Origin: the human T2T-CHM13v2.0 reference genome, Homo sapiens
Assembly (NCBI RefSeq): GCF_009914755.1
Contig: NC_060948.1
Reading direction: 5' to 3' (one strand)
DNA length: 64,000 bases
Shown here: positions 15,001 to 30,800 of the stretch, one piece after another
Position numbering within the stretch: the stretch's first letter is position 1
Layout of the letters: the number at the start of each line of letters is the position of its first letter
Made by a program: the position numbers and the translations under genes
Notes under the pieces: model-generated
Databases searched by the model: none
The model's input: the letters and a program-made list of their open reading frames with translations, nothing else
Told to the model about the DNA's origin: nothing

Positions 15001-18000
15001 AATGGACACGAATGCTCAAATTGAATGGACTCGAATGGAATGGAAACGAAAGGAATGTCATCGAATGGAATTGAATCGATTGGAATGAAATCGCATAGAA
15101 TGGAGTGGAATCAAATGGAATTGAATCGAAAGGAAAGGAAGCGAATGGACTGAAATGAAATGGAATGGAATTGAATGGAAAGTAATGCAATGGAATAGAA
15201 TGGAACGAAATTTCACGGAATGGAATCAAACTGAATGGAATCAAATCAATGGAATCTAATCAAATGGAATGGAAAGGAATTGAATGGAGTAGATTGGATT
15301 GGATGGGATTGGAATGAAATGTACTGGAAAGGACTCGAATTTCATGAAACGGAATGGAATGAATTGGAACGGAATGGACTCGAATGGAATGGAATGTCAT
15401 GGAATGGCATCAAATGGAATGGCATCAAATGGAATGGAATCGAATGCAATGGAATGCTATGGAATGGAATGGAATGCATTGGAATGGAATGTCCTCTAAT
15501 GGAATGGATTCGAGTGGAATGGAATCGAATATAATGGAGTCGAACGAAATGGAATTGAAAGGAATGGGATCGAATACAATGGAATATACTGGAATGTAAT
15601 GTAATGAACTCGAATGTAATTGACTGGAATGGAAGGTACATGAATGGAATGTAATCGAATGGAAAGTAATCCAATGGAATAGAATCTAATGCAATAAAAT
15701 CGACTCAGATAGAGTAGCATGTAATGGAATGGAGTGCAGTGCAATGGAATGGAATGGAATGGAATGCAATGGAATGGAATGGAATGGAATGGAATGGAAT
15801 GGAATGGAATGGGATGGGATTGAATGGTATGGAATGGATAGTAATGGACTGGAGTGAAATGGACTGGAAAGGAATGGACTCAAATTGAAAGGGCTCGAAA
15901 GGAATGGAGTCAAATGGAATGGTCTGGAATGGAATGAACACGAATGTAATGCAATCCAATAGAATGGAATCGAATGGCATGGAATATAAAGAAATGGAAT
16001 CGGAGAGAATGGAAACAAATGGAATGGAATTGAATGGAATGGAATTGAATGGAATGGGAACGAATGGAGTGAAATTGTATGCAGTAGAAGGGAATAGAAT
16101 GGAATGCAAGCAAAAGGAAAGGAATGGATTGGAATGGAATGGAATTCATTGGAATGGAAGGGAATGTAGTGTAATGGACAGGCCTGGAATAAAGTGGAAT
16201 GCTACGGTCTCGAATGGAATAAAAATGTATGGAATGGAATGCAATGAAATGGAATCGAATGTCATAGAATGTAATGGAATGCAACAAAATGGAATCCAAT
16301 ATCATTGACTGGAAAGGCTGGGTGTCGAAAGGAATTGACTCCAATGGAATGGAATCGAATGGAATGGAAGTGAATAGAATCGAACTAAATTGAATGGAAT
16401 GGAATTGATAGGAACGGAATGGAAAGGAATGCAATGATTTGGCATGGAATGGAATCGAATGGCATCGAATGGAATGGAATGGAATGCAATGGAATGGAAT
16501 GTATTAGAATGTAATGAACTTTAATGGAATGTACTCGAATGGATTCGACTGGAATGGAATGTTCTGGAAGTGAATGGACTCCAATGGAATGGATTCAAAA
16601 GGAATGGAATCGTACGGAATGGAATCTAATGGAATGGAATTAAATGGAAATGAATCAAATTGAATAGCACGGAATTGAATTGAATGGAATGGAATGCAAT
16701 GGAATCTAATGAAACGGAAAGGAAAGGAATGGAATGGAATGGAATGGGCTGGAATGGAAAGGAATCGAAACGAATGGAATGGAATCGAAGTGAAGAGACT
16801 GGAATGGAATGCACTGGAATGGAAGGGAGTGTAATGGAAGGTTCTCGAAAAAAATGGAATCGAATGGAATGGAATTGAATGGAACGGAATAGAGTCGAAT
16901 GGAATTGAATGGAATGGAATGGACTAGAGTGAAATGGAATCGAACCACAAGGAATGGACATGAATAGAATGGTCTCGAATTGAATGGAATCGTATGGAAT
17001 GGCATCAAACGGAATGGAATGGACAGCCACGGAATGGAATGCACTCGAATGCAATGGAGTCGAAACTAATGGACTGGAATAGAATGGACTCGACTGGTAC
17101 GGACTCCAATGGAATGGAATCGAATGGAAGGGAATCGAACGGAATGGACTCGAAGGGAAAAGACTGCAATGGAAAGGTCTCGAATGGAATGGAAATTAAT
17201 GGAATGGAATGGAATCGAATGAAATGGAGTCAAAAGGAATGGAATCGAATGGCAAGAAATCGAATGTAATGGAATCGCAAGGAATTGATGTGAACGGAAC
17301 GGAATGGAATGGAATCCAAAGGAATGGAATAGAATGGAATGGAATCGAATGGAAAGGACTCGAATGGCAATCACTCGAATAGAATGCAATTTAATAAAAT
17401 AGGATCAAATGTAATGGAATGGAATGGAAAGGAATCGAAACGAAAGGAATGGAGACAGATGGAATGGAATGGAACAGAGAGCAATGGTATAGAATGGAAT
17501 GGAATCATCTGGAATGGAATTGAATGGAATGGAATAATATGAAATGGAATGGAATGGAATGGAATGGAATGCCCTTGAATTAAATGGACTGGAATGGAAT
17601 GGACTCGAACAGAGTGGAATGGAAAGTGTTGAGATAGAATGGAATGGACTCCTCTGGAATGGTCTAGTATGCAATGCAATCGACTGGCAGGGAATCAAAA
17701 GGAATGTAATCGAATGGATTGGACTGGAATGCAATGGACTCGAATAGATTGGAAACGGGATGCAAAGGAATGGAATGGAATAGTATGGAATGGAATGGAA
17801 AGGAATGGAGTGGAATAGACTAGAGTGGAATGGAATGGACTGGAAAGCAATGGACTGGAATGGAACTTTCTTGAATGGACTGGAATCAAACGGAATGGAA
17901 TGCAATGCAATCAAATGGCATGGAATAAAATAGAATGAAAGAGAATCAAATGGAATTGAATCGAATGGAATCGAATGGATTGGAAAGGAATAGAATGGAA

Positions 18001-18559
18001 TGGAATGGAATGGACTCAAATGGAATGGACTAGAATGGAATGGATTCGAATGGAAGGCAAAGGAATGGAATCTATTGGAATGGACTGTAATGGAATGGAA
18101 TGGAAGGGATTGGAATGGACTCGAATGGAATGGACTGCAATAGAAAGGGTTCGAATGGAATGAAAAAGAATTGAATGGAATAGAACAGAATGGAATCAAA
18201 TCGAATGAAATGGAATGGAATAGAAAGGAATGGAATGAAATGGAATGGAAAGGATTCGAATGGAATGCAATCGAATGGAATGGAATCGAACGGAATGGAA
18301 TAAAATGGAAGAAAACTGGCAAGAAATGGAATCGAAATGAATGGAGTGTTATGGAACGGACTCAAAAGGAATTGAATGTAATAGAATGGAGTGGAGTGGA
18401 CTCGAATATAATGGACTGGAATGGAATGAAATCACATGGAATGGGAACGAATGGAATGGAATGGAAAGGAATGGAATCGAATGGAAAGGAATCGAATGGA
18501 AGGGAATGAAATTGAATCAACAGGAATGGAAGGGAATAGAATAGACGGTAATGGAATGG

Positions 18560-21500
18560 ACTCGAATTGAATGGACACGAATGCTCAAATTGAATGGACT
18601 CGAATGGAATGGAAACGAAAGGAATGTCATCGAATGGAATTGAATCGATTGGAATGAAATCGCATAGAATGGAGTGGAATCAAATGGAATTGAATCGAAA
18701 GGAAAGGAAGCGAATGGACTGAAATGAAATGGAATGGAATTGAATGGAAAGTAATGCAATGGAATAGAATGGAACGAAATTTCACGGAATGGAATCAAAC
18801 TGAATGGAATCAAATCACTGGAATCTAATCAAATGGAATGGAAAGGAATTGAATGGAGTAGATTGGATTGGATGGGATTGGAATGAAATGTACTGGAAAG
18901 GACTCGAATTTCATGAAACGGAATGGAATGAATTGGAACGGAATGGACTCGAATGGAATGGAATGTCATGGAATGGCATCAAATGGAATGGCATCAAATG
19001 GAATGGAATCGAAAGCAATGGAATGCTATGGAATGGAATGGAATGCATTGGAATGGAATGTCCTCTAATGGAATGGATTCGAGTGGAATGGAATCGAATA
19101 TAATGGAGTCGAATGAAATGGAATTGAAAGGAATGGGATCGAATACAATGGAATATACTGGAATGTAATGTAATGAACTAAAATGTAATTGACTGGAATG
19201 GAATGTACATGAATGGAATGTAATCGAATGGAAAGTAATCCAATGGAATAGAATCTAATGCAATAAAATCGACTCAGATAGAGTAGAATGTAATGGAATG
19301 GAGTGCAGTGCAATGGAATGGAATGGAATGGAATGGAATGGAATGGAATGGAATGGAATGGGATGGAATGGTATGGAATGGACAGTAATGGACTGGAGTG
19401 AAATGGACTGGAAAGGAATGGACTCAAATTGAAAGGGCTCGAAAGGAATAGAGACAAATGGAATGGTCTGGAATGGAATGAACACGAATGTAATGCAATC
19501 CAATAGAATGGAGTCGAATGGCATGGAATATAAAGAAATGGAATCGAAGAGAATGGAAACAAATGGAATGGAATTGAATGGAATGGAATTGAATGGAATG
19601 GGAACGAATGGAGTGAAATTGTATGCAGTAGAAGAGAATAGAATGGAATGCAAGCGAAAGGAAAGGAATGGATTGGAATGGAATGGAATTCATTGGAATG
19701 GAAGGGAATGTAGTGTAATGGACAGGCCTGGAATAAAGTGGAATGCTACGGTCTCGAATGGAATAAAAATGTATGGAATGGAATGCAATGAAACGGAATC
19801 GAATGTCATAGAATGTAATGGAATGCAAAAAAATGGAATCCAAAATCATTGACTGGAAAGGCTGGGTGTCGAAAGGAATTGACTCCAATGGAATGGAATC
19901 GAATGGAATGGAAGTGAATAGAATCGAACTAAATCGAATGGAATGGAATTGATAGGAACGGAATGGAAAGGAATGCAATGATTTGGCATGGAATGGAATC
20001 GAATGGCATCGAATGGAATGGAATGGAATGCAATGGAATGGAATGTATTAGAATGTAATGAACTTTAATGGAATGTACTCGAATGCATTCGACTGGAATG
20101 GAATGTTCTGGAAGTGAATGGACTCCAATGGAATGGATTCAAAAGGAATGGAATCGTACGGAATGGAATCTAATGGAATGGAATTAAATGGAAATGAATC
20201 AAATTGAATAGCACGGAATTGAATTGAATGGAATGGAATGCAATGAAATCTAATGAAACGGAAAGGAAAGGAATGGAATGGAATGGAATGGGCTGGAATG
20301 GAAAGGAATCGAAACGAATGGAATGGAATCGAACTGAAGAGACTGGAATGGAATGCACTGGAATGGAAGGGAGTGTAATGGAAGGTTCTCGAAAAAAATG
20401 GAATCGAATGGAATGGAATTGAATGGAACGGAATAGAGTCGAATGGAATTGAATGGAATGGAATGGACTAGAGTGAAATGGAATCGAACCACAAGGAATG
20501 GACAGGAATAGAATGGTCTCGAATTGAATGGGATCGTATGGAATGGCATCAAACGGAATGGAATGGACAGCCACGGAATGGAATGCACTCGAATGCAATG
20601 GAGTCGAAACTAATGGACTGGAATAGAATGGACTCGACTGGTACGGACTCCAATGGAATGGAATCGAATGGAAGGGAATCGAACGGAATGGACTCGAAGG
20701 GAAAAGACTGCAATGGAAAGGTCTCGAATGGAATGGAAATTAATGGAATGGAATGGAATCGAATGAAATGGAGGCAAAAGGAATGGAATCGAATGGCAAG
20801 AAATCGAATGTAATGGAATCGCAAGGAATTGATGTGAACGGAACGGAATGGAATGGAATCCAAAGGAATGGAATAGAATGGAATGGAATCGAATGGAAAG
20901 GACTCGAATGGAAATCACTCGAATAGAATGCAATTTAATAAAATAGGATCAAATGTAATGGAATGGAATGGAAAGGAATCGAAACGAAAGGAATGGAGAC
21001 AGATGGAATGGAATGGAAGAGAGAGCAATGGTATAGAATGGAATGGAATCATCTGGAATGGAATTGAATGGAATGGAATAATATGAAATGGAATGGAATG
21101 GAATGGAATGGAATGCCCTTGAATTAAATGGACTGGACTCGAACAGAGTGGAATGGAAAGTGTTGAGATAGAATGGAATGGACTCCTTTGGAATGGTGTA
21201 GTATGCAATGCAATCGACTGGCATGGAATCAAAAGGAATGTAATGGAATGGATTGGACTGGAATGCAATGGACTCGAATAGATTGGAAACGGAATGCAAA
21301 GGAATGGAATGGAATAGTATGGAATTTAATGGAAAGGAATGGAGTGGAATAGACTAGAGTGGAATGGAATGGACTGGAAAGCAATGGACTGGAATGGAAC
21401 TTTCTTGAATGGACTGGAATCAAACGGAATGGAATGCAATGCAATCAAATGGCATGGAATAAAATAGAATGAAAGAGAATCAAATGGAATTGAATCGAAT

Positions 21501-24500
21501 GGAATCGAATGGATTGGAAAGGAATAGAATGGAATGGAATGGAATTGACTCAAATGGAATGGACTAGAATGGAATGGATTCGAATGGAAGGCAAAGGAAT
21601 GGAATCTACTGGAATGGACTGTAATGGAATGGAATGGAAGGGATTGGAATGGACTCGAATGGAATGGACTGCAATAGAAAGGATTCGAATGGAATGAAAA
21701 AGAATTGAATGGAATAGAACAGAATGGAATCAAATCGAATGAAATGGAATGGAATAGAAAGGAATGGAATGAAATGGAATGGAAAGGATTCGAATGGAAT
21801 GCAATCGAATGGAATGGAATCGAACGGAATGGAATAAAATGGAAGAAAACTGGCAAGAAATGGAATCGAAATGAATGGAGTGTTATGGAACGGACTCAAA
21901 AGGAATTGAATGTAATAGAATGGAGTGGAGTGGACTCGAATATAATGGACTGGAATGGAATGAAATCACATGGAATGGGAACGAATGGAATGGAATGGAA
22001 AGGAATGGAATCGAATGGAAAGGAATCGAATGGAAGGGAATGAAATTGAATCAACAGGAATGGAAGGGAATAGAATAGACGGTAATGGAATGGACTCGAA
22101 TTGAATGGACACGAATGCTCAAATTGAATGGACTCGAATGGAATGGAAACGAAAGGAATGTCATCGAATGGAATTGAATGGATTGGAATGAAATCGCATA
22201 GAATGGAGTGGAATCAAATGGAATTGAATCGAAAGGAAAGGAAGCGAATGGACTGAAATGAAATGGAATGGAATTGAATGGAAAGTAATGCAATGGAATA
22301 GAATGGAACGAAATTTCACGGAATGGAATCAAACTGAATGGAATCAAATCACTGGAATCTAATCAAATGGAATGGAAAGGAATTGAATGGAGTAGATTGG
22401 ATTGGATGGGATTGGAATGAAATGTACTGGAAAGGACTCGAATTTCATGAAACGGAATGGAATGAATTGGAACGGAATGGACTCGAATGGAATGGAATGT
22501 CATGGAATGGCATCAAATGGAATGGCATCAAATGGAATGGAATCGAATGCAATGGAATGCTATGGAATGGAATGGAATGCATTGGAATGGAATGTCCTCT
22601 AATGGAATGGATTCGAGTGGAATGGAATCGAATATAATGGAGTCGAATGAAATGGAATTGAAAGGAATGGGATCGAATACAATGGAATATACTGGAATGT
22701 AATGTAATGAACTAAAATGTAATTGACTGGAATGGAATGTACATGAATGGAATGTAATCGAATGGAAAGTAATCCAATGGAATAGAATCTAATGCAATAA
22801 AATCGACTCAGATAGAGTAGAATGTAATGGAATGGAGTGCAGTGCAATGGAATGGAATGGAATGGAACGGAATGGAATGGAATGGAATGGAATGGGATGG
22901 AATGGTATGGAATGGACAGTAATGGACTGGAGTGAAATGGACTGGAAAGGAATGGACTCAAATTGAAAGGGCTCGAAAGGAATAGAGACAAATGGAATGG
23001 TCTGGAATGGAATGAACACGAATGTAATGCAATCCAATAGAATGGAGTCGAATGGCATGGAATATAAAGAAATGGAATCGAAGAGAATGGAAACAAATGG
23101 AATGGAATTGAATGGAATGGAATTGAATGGAATGGGAACGAATGGAGTGAAATTGTATGCAGTAGAAGAGAATAGAATGGAATGCAAGCGAAAGGAAAGG
23201 AATGGATTGGAATGGAATGGAATTCATTGGAATGGAAGGGAATGTAGTGTAATGGACAGGCCTGGAATAAAGTGGAATGCTACGGTCTCGAATGGAATAA
23301 AAATGTATGGAATGGAATGCAATGAAACGGAATCGAATGTCATAGAATGTAATGGAATGCAAAAAAATGGAATCCAAAATCATTGACTGGAAAGGCTGGG
23401 TGTCGAAAGGAATTGACTCCAATGGAATGGAATCGAATGGAATGGAAGTGAATAGAATCGAACTAAATCGAATGGAATGGAATTGATAGGAACGGAATGG
23501 AAAGGAATGCAATGATTTGGCATGGAATGGAATCGAATGGCATCGAATGGAATGGAATGGAATGCAATGGAATGGAATGTATTAGAATGTAATGAACTTT
23601 AATGGAATGTACTCGAATGCATTCGACTGGAATGGAATGTTCTGGAAGTGAATGGACTCCAATGGAATGGATTCAAAAGGAATGGAATCTTACGGAATGG
23701 AATCTAATGGAATGGAATTAAATGGAAATGAATCAAATTGAATAGCACGGAATTGAATTGAATGGAATGGAATGCAATGAAATCTAATGAAACGGAAAGG
23801 AAAGGAATGGAATGGAATGGAATGGGCTGGAATGGAAAGGAATCGAAACGAATGGAATGGAATCGAACTGAAGAGACTGGAATGGAATGCACTGGAATGG
23901 AAGGGAGTGTAATGGAAGGTTCTCGAAAAAAATGGAATCGAATGGAATGGAATTGAATGGAACGGAATAGAGTCGAATGGAATTGAATGGAATGGAATGG
24001 ACTAGAGTGAAATGGAATCGAACCACAAGGAATGGACAGGAATAGAATGGTCTCGAATTGAATGGGATCGTATGGAATGGCATCAAACGGAATGGAATGG
24101 ACAGCCACGGAATGGAATGCACTCGAATGCAATGGAGTCGAAACTAATGGACTGGAATAGAATGGACTCGACTGGTACGGACTCCAATGGAATGGAATCG
24201 AATGGAAGGGAATCGAACGGAATGGACTCGAAGGGAAAAGACTGCAATGGAAAGGTCTCGAATGGAATGGAAATTAATGGAATGGAATGGAATCGAATGA
24301 AATGGAGGCAAAAGGAATGGAATCGAATGGCAAGAAATCGAATGTAATGGAATCGCAAGGAATTGATGTGAACGGAACGGAATGGAATGGAATCCAAAGG
24401 AATGGAATAGAATGGAATGGAATCGAATGGAAAGGACTCGAATGGAAATCACTCGAATAGAATGCAATTTAATAAAATAGGATCAAATGTAATGGAATGG

Positions 24501-24800
24501 AATGGAAAGGAATCGAAACGAAAGGAATGGAGACAGATGGAATGGAATGGAAGAGAGAGCAATGGTATAGAATGGAATGGAATCATCTGGAATGGAATTG
24601 AATGGAATGGAATAATATGAAATGGAATGGAATGGAATGGAATGGAATGCCCTTGAATTAAATGGACTGGACTCGAACAGAGTGGAATGGAAAGTGTTGA
24701 GATAGAATGGAATGGACTCCTTTGGAATGGTGTAGTATGCAATGCAATCGACTGGCATGGAATCAAAAGGAATGTAATGGAATGGATTGGACTGGAATGC
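18560..24800 (+). repeat. Recent tandem duplication of one monomer (period 3534 bp); boundaries approximate
   Basis: Private variants repeat at +3534: CAAATCACTGG (18831/22346 region, before the indels), GAACTAAAATG (~19175/~22709), AATAGAGACAAAT (~19447/~22981), GAATGCATTCG (20081/23615), GAGGCAAAAG (20771/24305), and a 10-bp deletion (~21135/~24669). Confidence 0.85.
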
Positions 24801-27800
24801 AATGGACTCGAATAGATTGGAAACGGAATGCAAAGGAATGGAATGGAATAGTATGGAATGGAATGGAAAGGAATGGAGTGGAATAGACTAGAGTGGAATG
24901 GAATGGACTGGAAAGCAATGGACTGGAATGGAACTTTCTTGAATGGACTGGAATCAAACGGAATGGAATGCAATGCAATCAAATGGCATGGAATAAAATA
25001 GAATGAAAGAGAATCAAATGGAATTGAATCGAATGGAATCGAATGGATTGGAAAGGAATAGAATGGAATGGAATGGAATGGACTCAAATGGAATGGACTA
25101 GAATGGAATGGATTCGAATGGAAGGCAAAGGAATGGAATCTATTGGAATGGACTGTAATGGAATGGAATGGAAGGGATTGGAATGGACTCGAATGGAATG
25201 GACTGCAATAGAAAGGATTCGAATGGAATGAAAAAGAATTGAATGGAATAGAACAGAATGGAATCAAATCGAATGAAATGGAATGGAATAGAAAGGAATG
25301 GAATGAAATGGAATGGAAAGGATTCGAATGGAATGCAATCGAATGGAATGGAATCGAACGGAATGGAATAAAATGGAAGAAAACTGGCAAGAAATGGAAT
25401 CGAAATGAATGGAGTGTTATGGAACGGACTCAAAAGGAATTGAATGTAATAGAATGGAGTGGAGTGGACTCGAATATAATGGACTGGAATGGAATGAAAT
25501 CACATGGAATGGGAACGAATGGAATGGAATGGAAAGGAATGGAATCGAATGGAAAGGAATCGAATGGAAGGGAATGAAATTGAATCAACAGGAATGGAAG
25601 GGAATAGAATAGACGGTAATGGAATGGACTCGAATAGAATGGACACGAATGCTCAAATTGAATGGACTCGAATGGAATGGAAACGAAAGGAATGTCATCG
25701 AATGGAATTGAATCGATTGGAATGAAATCGCATAGAATGGAGTGGAATCAAATGGAATTGAATCGAAAGGAAAGGAAGCGAATGGACTGAAATGAAATGG
25801 AATGGAATTGAATGGAAAGTAATGCAATGGAATAGAATGGAACGAAATTTCACGGAATGGAATCAAACTGAATGGAATCAAATCAATGGAATCAAATCAA
25901 ATGGAATGGAAAGGAATTGAATGGAGTAGATTGGATTGGATGGGATTGGAATGAAATGTACTGGAAAGGACTCGAATTTCATGAAACGGAATGGAATGAA
26001 TTGGAACGGAATGGACTCGAATGGAATGGAATGTCATGGAATGGCATCAAATGGAATGGCATCAAATGGAATGGAATCGAATGCAATGGAATGCTATGGA
26101 ATGGAATGGAATGCATTGGAATGGAATGTCCTCTAATGGAATGGATTCGAGTGGAATGGAATCGAATATAATGGAGTCGAATGAAATGGAATTGAAAGGA
26201 ATGGGATCGAATACAATGGAATATACTGGAATGTAATGTAATGAACTCGAATGTAATTGACTGGAATGGAATGTACGTGAATGGAATATAATCGATTGGA
26301 AAGTAATCCAATGGAATAGAATCTAATGCAATAAAATCGACTCAGATAGAGTAGAATGTAATGGAAAGGAGTGCAGTGCAATGGAATGGAATGGAATGGA
26401 ATGCAATTGAATGGAATGGAATGGAATGGAATGGAATGGGATGGGATGGAATGGTATGGAATGGATAGTAATGGACTGGAGTGAAATGGACTGGAAAGGA
26501 ATGGACTCAAATTGAAAGGGCTCGAAAGGAATGGAGTCAAATGGAATGGTCTGGAATGGAATGAACACGAATGTAATGCAATCCAATAGAATGGAATCGA
26601 ATGGCATGGAATATAAAGAAATGGAATCGGAGAGAATGGAAACAAATGGAATGGAAATGAATGGAATGGAATTGAATGGAATGGGAACGAATGGAGTGAA
26701 ATTGTATGCAGCAGAAGGGAATAGAATGGAATGCAAGCGAAAGGAAAGGAATGGATTGGAATGGAATGGAATTCATTGGAATGGAAGGGAATGTAGTGTA
26801 ATGGACAGGCCTGGAATAAAGTGGAATGCTACGGTCTCGAATGGAATAAAAATGTATGGAATGGAATGCAATGAAATGGAATCGAATGTCATAGAATGTA
26901 ATGGAATGCAACAAAATGGAATCCAAAATCATTGACTGGAAAGGCTGGGTGTCGAAAGGAATTGACTCCAATGGAATGGAATCGAATGGAATGGAAGTGA
27001 ATAGAATCGAACTAAATCGAATGGAATGGAATTGATAGGAACGGAATGGAAAGGAATGCAATGATTTGGCATGGAATGGAATCGAATGGCATCGAATGGA
27101 ATGGAATGGAATGCAATGGAATGGAATGTATTAGAATGTAATGAACTTTAATGGAATGTACTCGAATGGATTCGACTGGAATGGAATGTTCTGGAAGTGA
27201 ATGGACTCCAATGGAATGGATTCCAAAGGAATGGAATCGTACGGAATGGAATCTAATGGAATGGAATTAAATGGAAATGAATCAAATTGAATAGCACGGA
27301 ATTGAATTGAATGGAATGGAATGCAATGGAATCTAATGAAACGGAAAGGAAAGGAATGGAATGGAATGGAATGGGCTGGAATGGAAAGGAATCGAAACGA
27401 ATGGAATGGAATCGAACTGAAGAGACTGGAATGGAATGCACTGGAATGGAAGGGAGTGTAATGGAAGGTTCTCGAAAAAAATGGAATCGAATGGAATGGA
27501 ATTGAATGGAACGGAATAGAGTCGAATGGAATTGAATGGAATGGAATGGACTAGAGTGAAATGGAATCGAACCACAAGGAATGGACAGGAATAGAATGGT
27601 CTCGAATTGAATGGAATCGTATGGAATGGCATCAAACGGAATGGAATGGACAGCCACGGAATGGAATGCACTCGAATGCAATGGAGTCGAAACTAATGGA
27701 CTGGAATAGAATGGACTCGACTGGTACGGACTCCAATGGAATGGAATCGAATGGAAGGGAATCGAACGTAATGGACTCGAAGGGAAAAGACTGCAATGGA

Positions 27801-30800
27801 AAGGTCTCGAATGGAATGGAAATTAATGGAATGGAATGGAATCGAATGAAATGGAGTCAAAAGGAATGGAATCGAATGGCAAGAAATCGAATGTAATGGA
27901 ATCGCAAGGAATTGATGTGAACGGAACGGAATGGAATGGAATCCAAAGGAATGGAATAGAATGGAATGGAATCGAATGGAAAGGACTCGAATGGAAATCA
28001 CTCGAATAGAATGCAATTTAATAAAATAGGATCAAATGTAATGGAATGGAATGGAAAGGAATCGAAACGAAAGGAATGGAGACAGATGGAATGGAATGGA
28101 ACAGAGAGCAATGGTATAGAATGGAATGGAATCATCTGGAATGGAATTGAATGGAATGGAATAATATGAAATGGAATGGAATGGAATGGAATGGAATGGA
28201 ATGGAATGCCCTTGAATTAAATGGACTGGAATGGAATGGACTCGAACAGAGTGGAATGGAAAGTGTTGAGATAGAATGGAATGGACTCCTTTGGAATGGT
28301 CTAGTATGCAATGCAATCGACTGTCAGGGAATCAAAAGGAATGTAATCGAATGGATTGGACTGGAATGCAATGGACTCGAATAGATTGGAAACGGAATGC
28401 AAAGGAATGGAATGGAATAGTATGGAATGGAATGGAAAGGAATGGAGTGGAATAGACTAGAGTGGAATGGAATGGACTGGAAAGCAATGGACTGGAATGG
28501 AACTTTCTTGAATGGACTGGAATCAAACGGAATGGAATGCAATGCAATCAAATGGCATGGAATAAAATAGAATGAAAGAGAATCAAATGGAATTGAATCG
28601 AATGGAATCGAATGGATTGGAAAGGAATAGAATGGAATGGAATGGAATTGACTCAAATGGAATGGACTAGAATGGAATGGATTCGAATGGAAGGCAAAGG
28701 AATGGAATCTATTGGAATGGACTGTAATGGAATGGAACGGAAGGGATTGGAATGGACTCGAATGGAATGGACTGCAATAGAAAGGATTCGAATGGAATGA
28801 AAAAGAATTGAATGGAATAGAACAGAATGGAATCAAATCGAATGAAATGGAATGGAATAGAAAGGAATGGAATGAAATGGAATGGAAAGGATTCGAATGG
28901 AATGCAATCGAATGGAATGGAATCGAACGGAATGGAATAAAATGGAAGAAAACTGGCAAGAAATGGAATCGAAATGAATGGAGTGTTATGGAACGGACTC
29001 AAAAGGAATTGAATGTAATAGAATGGAGTGGAGTGGACTCGAATATAATGGACTGGAATGGAATGAAATCACATGGAATGGGAACGAATGGAATGGAATG
29101 GAAAGGAATGGAATCGAATGGAAAGGAATCGAATGGAAGGGAATGAAATTGAATCAACACGAATGGAAGGGAATAGAATAGACGGTAATGGAATGGACTC
29201 GAATAGAATGGACACGAATGCTCAAATTGAATGGATTCGAATGGAATGGAAACGAAAGGAATGTCATCGAATGGAATTGAATCGATTGGAATGAAATCGC
29301 ATAGAATGGAGTGGAATCAAATGGAATTGAATCGAAAGGAAAGGAAGCGAATGGACTGAAATGAAATGGAATGGAATTGAATGGAAAGTAATGCAATGGA
29401 ATAGAATGGAACGAAATTTCACGGAATGGAATCAAACTGAATGGAATCAAATCAATGGAATCTAATCAAATGGAATGGAAAGGAATTGAATGGAGTAGAT
29501 TGGATTGGATGGGATTGGAATGAAATGTACTGGAAAGGACTCGAATTTCATGAAACGGAATGGAATGAATTGGAACGGAATGGACTCGAATGGAATGGAA
29601 TGTCATGGAATGGCATCGAATGGAATGGCATCAAATGGAATGGAATCGAATGCAATGGAATGTTATGGAATGGAATGGAATGCATTGGAATGGAATGTCC
29701 TCTAATGGAATGGATTCGAGTGGAATGGAATCGAATATAATGGAGTCGAATGAAATGGAATTGAAAGGAATGGGATCGAATAGAATGGAATATACTGGAA
29801 TGTAATGTAATGAACACGAATGTAATTGACTGGAATGGAATGTACATGAATGGAAGGTAATCGAATGGAAAGTAATCCAATGGAATAGAATCTAATGCAA
29901 TAAAACCGAATCAGATAGAGTAGAATGTAATGGAATGGAGTGCAGTGCAATGGAATGGAATGGAATTGAATGCAATGGAATGGAATGGAATGGAATGGAA
30001 TGGAATGGAATGGTATGGAATGGATAGTAATGGACTGGAGTGAAATGGACTGGAAAGGAATGGACTCAAATTGAAAGGGCTCGAAAGGAATGGAGTCAAA
30101 TGGAATGGTCTGGAATGGAATGAACACGAATGTAATGCAATCCAATAGAATGGAATCGAATGGCATGGAATATAAAGAAATGGAATCGAAGAGAATGGAA
30201 ACAAATGGAATGGAATTGAATGGAATGGAATTGAATGGAATGGGAACGAATGGAGTGAAATTGTATGCAGTAGAAGGGAATAGAATGGAATGCAAGCGAA
30301 AGGAAAGGAATGGATTGGAATGGAATGGAATTCATTGGAATGGAAGGGAATGTAGTGTAATGGACAGGCCTGGAATAAAGTGGAATGCTACGGTCTCGAA
30401 TGGAATAAAAATGTATGGAATGGAATGCAATGAAACGGAATCGAATGTCATAGAATGTAATGGAATGCAACAAAATGGAATCCAAAATCATTGACTGGAA
30501 AGGCTGGGTGTCGAAAGGAATTGACTCCAATGGAATGGAATCGAATGGAATGGAAGTGAATAGAATCGAACTAAATCGAATGGAATGGAATTGATAGGAA
30601 CGGAATGGAAAGGAATGCAATGATTTGGCATGGAATGGAATCGAATGGCATCGAATGGAATGGAATGGAATGCAATGGAATGGAATGTATTAGAATGTAA
30701 TGAACTTTAATGGAATGTACTCGAATGGATTCGACTGGAATGGAATGTTCTGGAAGTGAATGGACTCCAATGGAATGGATTCAAAAGGAATGGAATCGTA

